Assembly: GCA_017960645.1 (NCBI GenBank)
Contig: JAGCYU010000004.1
Span: forward strand, 7,152-71,151
Direction: 5' to 3'
DNA: 64,000 bases
Origin: Alphaproteobacteria bacterium
GTDB taxonomy: Bacteria; Pseudomonadota; Alphaproteobacteria; CAAHEQ01; UBA3637
The position numbers were made by a program, and so were the translations under genes. Position 1 is the stretch's first letter, and each line of letters opens with the position of its first letter. The notes under the pieces were generated by a model that had not been told where the DNA came from, did not search any database, and saw nothing but the letters and a program-made list of their open reading frames with translations. Below, one piece after another: positions 32,331 to 41,624 of the stretch.

Positions 32331-33134
32331 TTAACTTCTGCTTTTATTGGCTCGGACCTGAGTCATTTTTTGCAGGATATGCCTCATTTTGTTTTGTTGA
32401 TTGGCAACTACTCTCCCATGTTGTTGTATTTGATTGGATTGTTGTTGCATAGCCAAATACAATCCAATTTGATTCGATAAATTTTGATGATATTCATATA
32501 GGGTTGCACGAAAATTTTTCAATAAGTCTTGATCATGAGGTGTTTTGTCCAATTGCTTTAAAAAAGCTTTCATGTTCATTGGGTTTTCCAATACCGCAAT
32601 CAACATGGCTTGTTCTGAACCATCCAGAACTTGGAAAATATTGCTGAGTAATGTTTTGGTCATCCCGTCTAATGGGCTGTCCCCGCCAATGACGTCTAAC
32701 AGTTTTATAAAATCTTGTACTTCTGGACTTTCCTCCCGTTTTTTATAGAGTGCCCACGCATGCTGTGCTTGACGCATCAGCCAAAATGCAGTTACCTTTT
32801 CATAGGGATTAGGCTTTAATTGTATGCCACTTTGAGATAATATAGCTACAAAGTTCTTTTGTTGGGCAGGCGGCATATCCAAAAAAGCTTTTTTAAGTTG
32901 AGAAATTGTTGTACGAGGAACCAGCTGAGCATCCAGTAAGGATAAGCCAGTTTGAATAACATTTTGTGCAACTCCTAAACAAGCCGAACAACGCTGTACT
33001 TTGTTTGCTCCATCTACGCCTAAATAAACCTCAAATTTTTCACAAAAGAAAGGCAAACTTTCCGGCAAAAACAACCTGTTGGCTAAAAAAGGACAATTGC
33101 TTGGACAAGAAGTATTCATTTTTTTTAGTTCCAT
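32331..33134 (-). CDS. hypothetical protein with a 4-Cys N-terminus and Gln-rich C-terminus
   Basis: 267-aa ORF. The CPSNC...C...CSAC cluster may bind metal. I recognise no family. Confidence 0.4.
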   Translation of the reverse strand: MELKKMNTSCPSNCPFLANRLFLPESLPFFCEKFEVYLGVDGANKVQRCSACLGVAQNVIQTGLSLLDAQLVPRTTISQLKKAFLDMPPAQQKNFVAILSQSGIQLKPNPYEKVTAFWLMRQAQHAWALYKKREESPEVQDFIKLLDVIGGDSPLDGMTKTLLSNIFQVLDGSEQAMLIAVLENPMNMKAFLKQLDKTPHDQDLLKNFRATLYEYHQNLSNQIGLYLAMQQQSNQIQQHGRVVANQQNKMRHILQKMTQVRANKSRS

Positions 33135-33160
33135 AGGACTGTCCTCCTTTCAATTTCTTT

Positions 33161-35152
33161 TTAAATATCTAAATTTTCAACAAATTTGGCATGTTCTTGA
33201 ATAAATTGGAAACGATATTCTGGTTTATTTCCCATTAATCTGGATACAATATCTGCTGTATAAGCGGACTCTTCCTGTTCTTCTTCGTCAGATGAAGTTT
33301 TCGAAGGAATCAAAACCTTGAGTAGTGTACGCTTATTAGGATCCATGGTCGTTTCTTTTAGCTGACTTGGTGGCATTTCTCCTAAACCTTTAAAACGGGA
33401 TACTTCAACGTTTTTCCCCTTAAAAGTGGTTGCCAATAGTTTATCTTTTTCTGCATCATCTTGAGCATATATAGATTTATTATCATATGTTAAGCGATAG
33501 AGTGGGGGCAAGGCCAAGAACAAGTGCCCATTTTCAATGAGTTTGGGCATTTCTTGGTAGAAAAAGCTCATCAACAGGCTGGCAATATGGGCGCCATCCA
33601 CGTCGGCATCTGTCATCACAATGACTTTTTCATAACGCAAAGCTTCTTCGTTGTATTTATCGCGTCTGCCACAACCCAAAGCTTCAGTCATGTCTTTGAT
33701 TTCTTCATTAGCTAAAATTTTATCTTGACTGGCAGAAATAACATTCAAAATCTTTCCTCGCAAAGGTAAAATAGCTTGACGCATACGATCACGAGCTTGT
33801 TTGGCAGAACCACCAGCAGAATCTCCTTCCACCAAAAACAACTCTGTTCCCTCCACATTTTTGTGGGAACAATCCGCCAATTTCCCCGGTAAACGTAATT
33901 TTTTTGTGGCACTGGCACGTTGTGTTTCCAATGCTTTTTTGTGGCGGCGACGCTCTTCCGAACGTTCCACAATCCAATCCAGCAAAGCAGATGCAGCCTT
34001 GGTATCATGACTCAACCAATGGTCCAAAGGATCTTTCATCGCATTTTCAACCAGTTTGGTTGCCGATGTTGTCACAAGCCTTTCTTTGGTTTGACCTTGA
34101 AATTGAGGATCACGAATGAAAACAGACAACATAACCCCTGCCGTGTTTAAAATATCGTCTGAGGTAATATCGCTGGCTCGTTTGTTCCCAATCATATCAG
34201 CAAAAGCTTTCAACCCCTTGGTAAGGCATGTTTTCATACCCGTGGTATGCGTACCCCCTAAAGGTGTTACAACAGTATTACAATATGAATATTCAAAAGC
34301 ATCCCCAAAATCATTTGGCCAACAAATTGCCCATTCAACCGCGCCTTGATTGTCTGGAAATTCCACACGACCTGTAAATGGTTTTGGGGTAACAGTAGAA
34401 CGATCTTTCGTTAAATAATCTAAATAATCGGCTATGCCATTTGGAAATTTTAAGACCTGTTCTGATGGTGTTTTTTCATCCCCTTGTAATAATTCTGGAG
34501 CACAGTTCCATCTGACCTCAACGCCGTGGAACAAAAAGGCTTTTTGGCGCGCCATCCGAAATAGGGTGGCAGGTTTAAAATGAATGGATTCACCAAAAAT
34601 GGCTGTATCTGGTAAAAAGCGCACACTTGTCCCACGACGATTAGAAACAGCCCCTAAACATTCTACAGGACCTGTTGGTTTTCCTTGGTGATATTCTTGG
34701 CGGTATAACTTCTTATCTTTTGCAACCTCTATAATCATATGGCTGGATAGAGCGTTTACTGCTGATAAACCGACACCATGCAATCCGCCAGATACTGCAT
34801 ATGCCCCACCGCCAAACTTACCACCAGAGTGCAACGTTGTTGTAATTACTTCTAAGGCAGATTTACCTGGAAACTTTGGATGAGGATCTACAGGAATGCC
34901 GCGCCCATTGTCCTTAACCGTAACATAGTTATCTTTATCCAAAGATACTTCAATATTTGTAGCATAACCGGCAACAGCTTCATCCATGGCATTGTCAATA
35001 ATTTCGGCCACCAAGTGATGATAGGCATGTTCATCTATACCACCGATATACATACCAGGGCGTTTTCGGACAGGCTCTAATCCTTCCAAAACTTCAATGT
35101 CTTTGGCTGAATAGCTTGTTTTTTGTTCTGTTGCCTCGAATAAATCACTCAT
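33161..35152 (-). CDS. parE: DNA topoisomerase IV subunit B
   Basis: GHKL ATPase plus TOPRIM domain (EGDSAGG), in the GyrB/ParE family. The length of 663 aa has no GyrB insert and fits ParE. Confidence 0.85.
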   Translation of the reverse strand: MSDLFEATEQKTSYSAKDIEVLEGLEPVRKRPGMYIGGIDEHAYHHLVAEIIDNAMDEAVAGYATNIEVSLDKDNYVTVKDNGRGIPVDPHPKFPGKSALEVITTTLHSGGKFGGGAYAVSGGLHGVGLSAVNALSSHMIIEVAKDKKLYRQEYHQGKPTGPVECLGAVSNRRGTSVRFLPDTAIFGESIHFKPATLFRMARQKAFLFHGVEVRWNCAPELLQGDEKTPSEQVLKFPNGIADYLDYLTKDRSTVTPKPFTGRVEFPDNQGAVEWAICWPNDFGDAFEYSYCNTVVTPLGGTHTTGMKTCLTKGLKAFADMIGNKRASDITSDDILNTAGVMLSVFIRDPQFQGQTKERLVTTSATKLVENAMKDPLDHWLSHDTKAASALLDWIVERSEERRRHKKALETQRASATKKLRLPGKLADCSHKNVEGTELFLVEGDSAGGSAKQARDRMRQAILPLRGKILNVISASQDKILANEEIKDMTEALGCGRRDKYNEEALRYEKVIVMTDADVDGAHIASLLMSFFYQEMPKLIENGHLFLALPPLYRLTYDNKSIYAQDDAEKDKLLATTFKGKNVEVSRFKGLGEMPPSQLKETTMDPNKRTLLKVLIPSKTSSDEEEQEESAYTADIVSRLMGNKPEYRFQFIQEHAKFVENLDI

Positions 35153-35607
35153 TAATGCCTCACAGTGCTATCTTGACCGCCTGCGTTATAGCGTCCAAAA
35201 TTTTCCGCCAATTGCTCTAAGACAGACAGCTCTTTACCCCCAACTTTGGTAATATCGGTATCATAGGTTACCTTATTCCCATCAGCCAAGGTCAATAGTT
35301 TTTTGTCTGTCAATACACCTTTCGTATCAAATGTATATACGTGAATGACACGTTCTGTTACCTCTGGATCAAAGAAAATGCGGCTGGATTTTTTGGCTTG
35401 AGCGTAAAAAATCACATCTCCAATGCCTTCCTTGGGATCAGATTGATAATTAGGTGTCCCCAACACACGCAAGACTTTTTCTTTGGTGTCCCCCACACGA
35501 ATAGCATCCAAACGCCGCGTATCCGGCAGATCGCTGTTTTGAAAATTTTCCAATCCGCATGCTGATATCATTAACAGGCATAAACAAATAATAAGTTTCT
35601 TGACCAT
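35152..35607 (-). CDS. lipoprotein, BamE/SmpA-OmlA-like
   Basis: MVKKLIICLCLLMISACG lipobox followed by a GDTKEKVLRVLGTPN motif. Confidence 0.5.
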   Translation of the reverse strand: MVKKLIICLCLLMISACGLENFQNSDLPDTRRLDAIRVGDTKEKVLRVLGTPNYQSDPKEGIGDVIFYAQAKKSSRIFFDPEVTERVIHVYTFDTKGVLTDKKLLTLADGNKVTYDTDITKVGGKELSVLEQLAENFGRYNAGGQDSTVRH

Positions 35608-35662
35608 TTTGCTCCTTCTGGTTATAATATCTATATCATATAGAAAAGGAAGGGCTTCGTCA

Positions 35663-36166
35663 ATGAAAAAAAACACATCCGGCATAAAAAAAACTTTAAT
35701 GATTGGAGCAATTGGTCCAGATGGGTGGCAAGGTGAGTTTGAAGCAACAGCTGAGGAATGCACGATTGTCGCCCAACGTTTGGATATTCCTAAGGTTGTT
35801 CAGTTACATGCTGTTGTACAGGTTGATTTCCAAGATGACTTAATAAGAGTGTCAGGGCATTTGCTTGCAGATTTAAAGCGTCAATGTGTTGTGACTTTAA
35901 ATATATGCAATGAGCATTTGGATACTGATTTTGAAGCGTTGTTTTCCGAAAATGTGCCTGTGTCGGGAAAAGAAATCGAGATGAAGGAGGCTGTAGAGAC
36001 TTTAGATAGAGGCTGTTTAGATTTTATGAATATTTTGACTGAGCAGGTGGGGTTGTTAATGAATCCATTTCCTAAAAAACAAGGGGTCAAAGGAGATTAT
36101 ATTGAATTTTCTGATGAAGAAAATAAACCGTTTGCCAATTTGAAAAATATCATAAAAAAGGATTGA
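35663..36166 (+). CDS. YceD/DUF177 family protein
   Basis: The conserved Cys pair is spaced as in DUF177. The gene sits upstream of rpmH, as in many bacteria. Confidence 0.6.
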   Translation: MKKNTSGIKKTLMIGAIGPDGWQGEFEATAEECTIVAQRLDIPKVVQLHAVVQVDFQDDLIRVSGHLLADLKRQCVVTLNICNEHLDTDFEALFSENVPVSGKEIEMKEAVETLDRGCLDFMNILTEQVGLLMNPFPKKQGVKGDYIEFSDEENKPFANLKNIIKKD

Positions 36167-36191
36167 CAAGGCCAGAATAATTTGTTATAAT
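36163..36191 (+). promoter_or_regulatory. consensus sigma70 promoter for rpmH (TTGACA-17-TATAAT)
   Basis: TTGACA at 36163-36168 and TATAAT at 36186-36191. Confidence 0.65.
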
Positions 36192-36223
36192 CCTAGCATT
36201 CTGTTTATGTTAAGGAGAGAAAG

Positions 36224-36364
36224 ATGATTGGAAAACGCACATATCAGCCTAGTAAATTAGTTCGCACACGTCGTCATGGTTTCCGTGCACGCATGGAAAC
36301 AAAGGGTGGTCAGAGAGTTATAAAGGCTCGTCGCGCCAAAGGACGTAAAGTTTTGAGCGCCTAA
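36224..36364 (+). CDS. rpmH: 50S ribosomal protein L34
   Basis: 46 aa, [46 protein letters not shown], with a GGAGAG RBS. It is below the 60-aa threshold of the ORF track. Confidence 0.95.
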   Translation: MIGKRTYQPSKLVRTRRHGFRARMETKGGQRVIKARRAKGRKVLSA

Positions 36365-36386
36365 TTCGGTTGCTTGCGTAGGGATT

Positions 36387-36420
36387 GAAGCACCTTGATT
36401 TTATGTTAAGGTGCTTTTTG
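36387..36420 (+). terminator. hairpin plus U-tract between rpmH and rnpA (attenuator/terminator)
   Basis: GAAGCACCTT ... AAGGTGCTT followed by TTTTTG. Confidence 0.6.
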
Positions 36421-36437
36421 TAATCAAGGTGAAGAAA

Positions 36438-36791
36438 ATGCCTTTAAAAAGTTTGAAGCGACATTTTGATTTTGTAGAGATGCGGGATGCCCCTTTTAAG
36501 GCTTTTTCTCGCACTTTTGTATTGCAAATGCGTCCCAACACATTGAATGTCACGCGCTTTGGATTTACCGTATCAAAAAAAATCTCTAAATTAGCGACAA
36601 AACGTAATTATTTGCGCAGAACGTTAAGGGAAATTGTACGGCACCATCCTTCTGTTATACAAGATTATCCATCCAATGATTTTGTATTAATTGCACGCAA
36701 AGAGGCTCTTGAGAGATCTTATCAAGAATTGGCACGTGATTTTGATTATATTTTAGCGCATTTGCATCGCGAGGATACTCATGAAATTTAA
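36438..36791 (+). CDS. rnpA: ribonuclease P protein component
   Basis: Basic ~118-aa protein in the conserved rpmH-rnpA-yidD-yidC order. Confidence 0.88.
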   Translation: MPLKSLKRHFDFVEMRDAPFKAFSRTFVLQMRPNTLNVTRFGFTVSKKISKLATKRNYLRRTLREIVRHHPSVIQDYPSNDFVLIARKEALERSYQELARDFDYILAHLHREDTHEI

Positions 36792-37020
36792 TGTTGCAAA
36801 GCTGTTGATAAGAGGATATCAGTTGACGTTATCTTCCCTTGTAGGCAATTGTTGTCGTTTTCAACCAACTTGCTCAGAATATGCCAAAGAAGCTTTTTGC
36901 TTGCATGGTTATGTAAAAGGCGCTATACTAACCACCTGGCGCTTGTGCAGGTGTCATCCATGGGCCAAAGGTGGATATGACCCCGTCCCGACGGTTTTTA
37001 GTTTGAAAGGAAAAAAATGA
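36781..37020 (+). CDS. yidD: membrane protein insertion efficiency factor YidD
   Basis: C-x-F-x-P-T-C-S-E-Y motif. Confidence 0.9.
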   Translation: MKFNVAKLLIRGYQLTLSSLVGNCCRFQPTCSEYAKEAFCLHGYVKGAILTTWRLCRCHPWAKGGYDPVPTVFSLKGKK

Positions 37021-38696
37021 AGCAAACACCAAAACAAATAAAAGCTGAAGAAAAACAAATGATGTTAGCCTTTGTGTTGATTATTGCAGTCTTGTTAAGT
37101 TTTCAGCTATTTGCGCCTAAACAGGATAATTCCTTAGACAATAGTTTGGAAAATGTAACAACTTCAGCAGCTTTAGAAAATGTTATGCCAGATGATGCCA
37201 ACGCAGCCGCTGTCATGGCGTCCGCTTTTGTTGCAGATATTCAACTTGATGGGGCTCAGCTTCCTCTTCAAAATAATGATGTTATCGGATCATTGCTGGC
37301 CAATGGTACAATTTTTAATGAACTAAATTTAGAAAAATATAAAGAAACAACAGCTCAAGATAGCCCGGATGTTACTTTATTATCAAATAATTATTTTGCA
37401 TACTTAAAGTGGAAATTGAATAATGAAAATGTAAATTTAAATACAGGGTGGCGTGTTGTTAGCGGGGATAAATTAACTCCACAAACTCCTGTCACATTGG
37501 CATGGGAAAATGGGGTCGTTAAGATTGTGCGTCAGATCAGCCTGGATGACCATTATATGTTTACCATTCAAGATTCTGTTAACAATAAAAGTGCACAAAA
37601 TATGTCTGCATATTTGGAAGGCACTATTCGGATTAAAAAAGATCCTTCGTTATTGGAACGTTCTTCCGTCCATACGGGGTTTGTGGCGTTGATTAATAAT
37701 AAATTAGAGGAAAATTCTTACAGCTCGGTTGATAGCAAAAAGGTTGCTTATGAAACAACTGGTGGTTGGTTTGGAATTACGCAAAAATATTGGCAAACCA
37801 TTTTTATCCCGGAACAAAGTGAAAATGTAACGTTGGAAGATTTTTTATCGGATGATTGGTATCAAAGTACGTTTAAATTGTCCTTACAAAATATTCCAAG
37901 TGCCAAAACTATCACAAAAACTGTTAGGTTTTTTGCAGGTGCTAAGGATTTAAATTTAATTAATCAATATGAAAAAGACTTAAATATTCCCAAGTTTGAC
38001 TTGACGATTGATTTCGGGTGGTTTTATTTCTTAACCAAGCCATTTTTATATTTCTTGCAGTGGTTATATGCATTAGTCGGCAATATGGGTGTGGCTATTT
38101 TGATTTTTGCAACGCTTTTGCGCATAGCTTTATTGCCCATTGTCACAAAATCATATATTTCTATGGCGAAAATGAAAAAGATTCAGCCTAAAATCCAAGA
38201 GCTACAGGAACGCTATAAAGATGATAGACCCCGTTTGCAAAAAGAAGTTTTGGCATTGTATTCGCGTGAGCATGTGAATCCTGCGGGGGGATGTTTGCCT
38301 ATGTTCATCCAAGTCATTCCCTTTTACGCTTTGTATAAAGTCCTGTCTGTTTCATTACAGATGCGGGGTGCGCCGTTTTTTGGGTGGCTTAAGGATTTAT
38401 CAATGCCGGATTCCAGTTCTGTTTTGACTTTGTGTGGATTGATTCCATGGCCAGTCCCAAGTGTCTTTAATATCGGTATTTTGCCAGTTATTATGGGTAT
38501 TACGATGTACATTCAACAAAAAATGCAACCAGCACCTGCCGGTGCGGATAAGGCACAAATGGGTATGTTTAAGTGGATGCCCGTTATTTTCACCTTTATG
38601 ATGGGGAATTTTGCCTCTGGTTTAGTTTTGTATTGGACATGGAGCAATATCCTTTCTATTTTTCAACAACGCTATATTAATAAAAAAATGGGGTAG
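37017..38696 (+). CDS. yidC: membrane protein insertase YidC
   Basis: Large periplasmic domain followed by the conserved 5-TM core. 559 aa. Confidence 0.93.
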   Translation: MKQTPKQIKAEEKQMMLAFVLIIAVLLSFQLFAPKQDNSLDNSLENVTTSAALENVMPDDANAAAVMASAFVADIQLDGAQLPLQNNDVIGSLLANGTIFNELNLEKYKETTAQDSPDVTLLSNNYFAYLKWKLNNENVNLNTGWRVVSGDKLTPQTPVTLAWENGVVKIVRQISLDDHYMFTIQDSVNNKSAQNMSAYLEGTIRIKKDPSLLERSSVHTGFVALINNKLEENSYSSVDSKKVAYETTGGWFGITQKYWQTIFIPEQSENVTLEDFLSDDWYQSTFKLSLQNIPSAKTITKTVRFFAGAKDLNLINQYEKDLNIPKFDLTIDFGWFYFLTKPFLYFLQWLYALVGNMGVAILIFATLLRIALLPIVTKSYISMAKMKKIQPKIQELQERYKDDRPRLQKEVLALYSREHVNPAGGCLPMFIQVIPFYALYKVLSVSLQMRGAPFFGWLKDLSMPDSSSVLTLCGLIPWPVPSVFNIGILPVIMGITMYIQQKMQPAPAGADKAQMGMFKWMPVIFTFMMGNFASGLVLYWTWSNILSIFQQRYINKKMG

Positions 38697-38699
38697 GGT

Positions 38700-39320
38700 A
38701 TGGCTTTTCAAGAAAAAGGTAAGCAACTGTTTAGTTCCCCAGCAACCTTTGCCTATGGTGTCAGAAAAGTTGAAGATTTACCTTTAGACAGGTTGCCGGA
38801 AATAGCCTTTGCAGGGCGTTCTAATGTTGGAAAATCAAGCTTAATCAATGCACTTGTCGGATCACAAATCGCCAGAGCCAGTAACACGCCAGGTCGAACT
38901 CAAGAATTAAACTTTTTCAAAATCGGTACGCGGTTTTATTTGGTGGATTTGCCAGGGTACGGCTATGCGGCAGCCCCTAAAAAAACAGTAGAAACTTGGA
39001 CTCGTTTGATTCATGATTATTTGCGGGGACGGCAACAATTACGGCGTGTTTTTTTGTTGATAGATGCGCGTCATGGGATTAAGCAAGTCGATGAAAACAT
39101 CATGAAAATGTTGGATTCAGCTGCAGTTAGCTATCAACTTATCTTGACTAAAACAGATAAAATTAAAGATTCCGAGCTGCAAAAAATATATGAAAATACG
39201 ATGGCAGTTGCCAAAACGCATGTCGCCTGCTATCCAGAGATTTTAAGTACCAGCAGCGAAAATGGCTTGGGTATTGCCGATTTACGCGGCGAAGTGTATA
39301 AGGTTATTGAGGGGCTGTAA
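38700..39320 (+). CDS. engB: ribosome biogenesis GTPase EngB/YihA
   Basis: GRSNVGKSSLINAL G1 motif plus a DLPGYGYA region. Confidence 0.9.
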   Translation: MAFQEKGKQLFSSPATFAYGVRKVEDLPLDRLPEIAFAGRSNVGKSSLINALVGSQIARASNTPGRTQELNFFKIGTRFYLVDLPGYGYAAAPKKTVETWTRLIHDYLRGRQQLRRVFLLIDARHGIKQVDENIMKMLDSAAVSYQLILTKTDKIKDSELQKIYENTMAVAKTHVACYPEILSTSSENGLGIADLRGEVYKVIEGL

Positions 39321-40630
39321 TGTACGATCAAAATGACACGATTTATGCTTTAGCCAGTGGTTTAGGTGTTGCAGGCGTTGCTGTTATTCGTATTTCCGGT
39401 GCGGAATGTCTAACTATCTTAAAAAAATTAACAACAATCAAAAAGCCAGAGCCCAATCGTGCCTATTATGCCACTCTTTCCTTGGATGGGACGATTTTGG
39501 ATAAGGCGTTAGTCCTTTATTTTCATACGCCACATAGTTTTACCGGTGAGGATATCCTTGAGCTACAGGTTCATGGGGGCAGAGGGGTTGTGCAAGCTGT
39601 TTGTAATGCTTTAAGCTCATTCAAACACTGTCGCCCAGCTGAACGTGGCGAATTTTCACGGCGTGCGGTTATTAACGGAAAAATGGATTTAACAGAGGCA
39701 GAAGGACTATTGGATTTAATCCATGCAGAGACAGAACAACAACGTCGTCAAGCTTTTGCCCAAATGGATGGCAATTTATCCAAGCTATACGAATCTTGGC
39801 GTGAGAAGTTAGTGCATCATTTGGCCTATGCAGAGGCATTTATTGATTTCCCCGAGGAAGATATTCCACATGAAAAAGAGCAAGAAATCAACTCGGATAT
39901 TCAAGCTTTGATTGATCAAATCCAGGCTCATTTGAATGATGAGCGGCGAGGGGAACGCCTGCGGGAAGGGTTTCAGATTGCTATTTTGGGGGCTCCGAAT
40001 GTTGGAAAGTCCAGCTTGATTAATGCTTTGACGCATAAAGAAGTTGCTATTGTGTCCCAAATTGCGGGAACAACGCGTGATATTGTGGAAGCGCATTTGG
40101 ATGTGGATGGTTTTCCTGTGATTTTGGCAGATACGGCTGGATTGCGTGAAAGTGCTGAGCAAATTGAAGCTGAAGGAATTCGGCGTGCCGTTAAAAAAGC
40201 TGAGCAGGCGGATTTAATCTTATTTGTCCAGGATGCAACTTTACCAAAAGTTCAAAAGCTACCTAAAGTATTACTTGAAAAGCGCGTTATAACTATTTGG
40301 AATAAAAAAGATTTAGTTAAACGTAAAAAGACACAACAGGGGCATTATATTTCTGCTAAAACAGGGGCAGGGGTGACCGCCCTATGGGATGAAATTAAAC
40401 AGATTTTGCATGATTTTGCCTCCAATGGCGCCGTGATTACGCGAGAACGGTATCGCGTCGCGTTGAACGAGTGCGTGGCCTCGCTTCAATCAGCCATGAA
40501 AGCAGGGGCTTTGGAGCTGAAAACCGAAGATTTACGCATGGCCACCCGTGCTTTGGGTCGCATCACCGGCCGTATTGAAGTGGATGAGCTTTTAGACGTC
40601 ATCTTCCGTGACTTTTGTATTGGAAAGTAA
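39320..40630 (+). CDS. mnmE: tRNA modification GTPase MnmE
   Basis: G-domain GAPNVGKSSLINAL and the C-terminal CIGK motif. Confidence 0.95.
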   Translation: MYDQNDTIYALASGLGVAGVAVIRISGAECLTILKKLTTIKKPEPNRAYYATLSLDGTILDKALVLYFHTPHSFTGEDILELQVHGGRGVVQAVCNALSSFKHCRPAERGEFSRRAVINGKMDLTEAEGLLDLIHAETEQQRRQAFAQMDGNLSKLYESWREKLVHHLAYAEAFIDFPEEDIPHEKEQEINSDIQALIDQIQAHLNDERRGERLREGFQIAILGAPNVGKSSLINALTHKEVAIVSQIAGTTRDIVEAHLDVDGFPVILADTAGLRESAEQIEAEGIRRAVKKAEQADLILFVQDATLPKVQKLPKVLLEKRVITIWNKKDLVKRKKTQQGHYISAKTGAGVTALWDEIKQILHDFASNGAVITRERYRVALNECVASLQSAMKAGALELKTEDLRMATRALGRITGRIEVDELLDVIFRDFCIGK

Positions 40631-40637
40631 AAATGGA

Positions 40638-41117
40638 TTATTTTTCTTCACACAGCGCATAATAGAGGGTTGTACTATTTCGCTTTGGGATAAATACAGA
40701 GTCTTGTACTGCAAAATTTTTCTCCTGTGATGCCGCTAAATTCGTCCAACCTCTTTTTTGACCTAATGTATTTTTCATATTAGGGCAAGCGACTCCTTCA
40801 AGCGTCTGTGTATTAGGGCAGGTAGAATCAAAACTAGCCAACTTTCCCCCGATAGCATCACACCAAGTAAAGGCAGACCACCAATTCATTTTGTTTTCAC
40901 CCACACAAAACTTCTTGCCATTACAATTGTTGGTCAGGTTTGGGTCGTTAGGGTCATTGCACAGACCACCTTTATCCAAGTTGTTGCCGTTGGCATCGGT
41001 GCCATATTTATTGGCTGTGATAATTGTGCCGCCATAGGTGGTGCAGTTGGACCAAAAATCTGCTTGAGCCACTCCCGCCATTAAAACAAGAGTTAATAAT
41101 ATTACATGCTTTTTCAT
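40638..41117 (-). CDS. secreted C-type-lectin-like domain protein
   Basis: Signal peptide MKKHVILLTLVLMAGVAQA. CTLD signature WWSAFTWCDAIGGKLASF ... LYYALCEEK, plus extra Cys in the N-terminal half. Confidence 0.55.
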   Translation of the reverse strand: MKKHVILLTLVLMAGVAQADFWSNCTTYGGTIITANKYGTDANGNNLDKGGLCNDPNDPNLTNNCNGKKFCVGENKMNWWSAFTWCDAIGGKLASFDSTCPNTQTLEGVACPNMKNTLGQKRGWTNLAASQEKNFAVQDSVFIPKRNSTTLYYALCEEK

Positions 41118-41567
41118 TTTCTTTTTCCCCTTTCGTTTCTTGTAAAAATACTTGTCATTTTTTTTCTCCAAAACGCAGCAAAACTTTGCGAGGTTCCCCG
41201 AGCATTAGTTTTACCGGTTCCGGCTGTCCCTCAAACCTATGTTACATAAAGGTACCTTTTTGTAACGCTTTTGGACAAAAAAATGGGGAAAATAGAAAAA
41301 CTTGACGAACATATTGAAATAATTGAAAAATATAGGAAATTTAGAAAACATCAAAAATATGAAAAAAGTGCAAAAAATGTGAAAAAAACGCTTGCAATTA
41401 AAGGTACCTTTTTTTGCTACTCGATTTTGGCACTTAACCCGTTGTATTCATTGAAAAATAAATTTTTCATTTTTGGCCCAAAAATCGGTCATTTTGTTAC
41501 CTTTTTTTGGGGAAAATGTGGATTTATAAAAAAATATCCTGGCATTTTTCTAGCATTTATGTTTTAG

Positions 41568-41596
41568 TTGACAGCTAGAGTAAAATTGCTTATAAC
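41568..41596 (+). promoter_or_regulatory. sigma70-type promoter (TTGACA-17-TATAAC) for the GT4 glycosyltransferase gene
   Basis: TTGACA at 41568-41573 and TATAAC at 41591-41596. Confidence 0.55.
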
Positions 41597-41624
41597 TATT
41601 CTATCGCAACAATAGGAGTTTTAT

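Noticed and set aside
33524-34635. Cluster of 60-90-aa ORFs on both strands inside parE
   Set aside because: They overlap a conserved, full-length topoisomerase gene in alternative frames and are typical spurious ORFs.
41508-41526. Possible DnaA box (TGTGGATTT, 7/9 match to TGTGGATAA) in the AT-rich spacer, which might indicate oriC
   Set aside because: It is a single imperfect box with no clustered array and no flanking dnaA or hemE context. That is not enough to call an origin.
41271-41567. 98-aa ORF in the large intergenic spacer
   Set aside because: It starts with TTG, has a Lys-rich low-complexity product, and lies entirely within the A-tract/repeat region. It is more likely non-coding.
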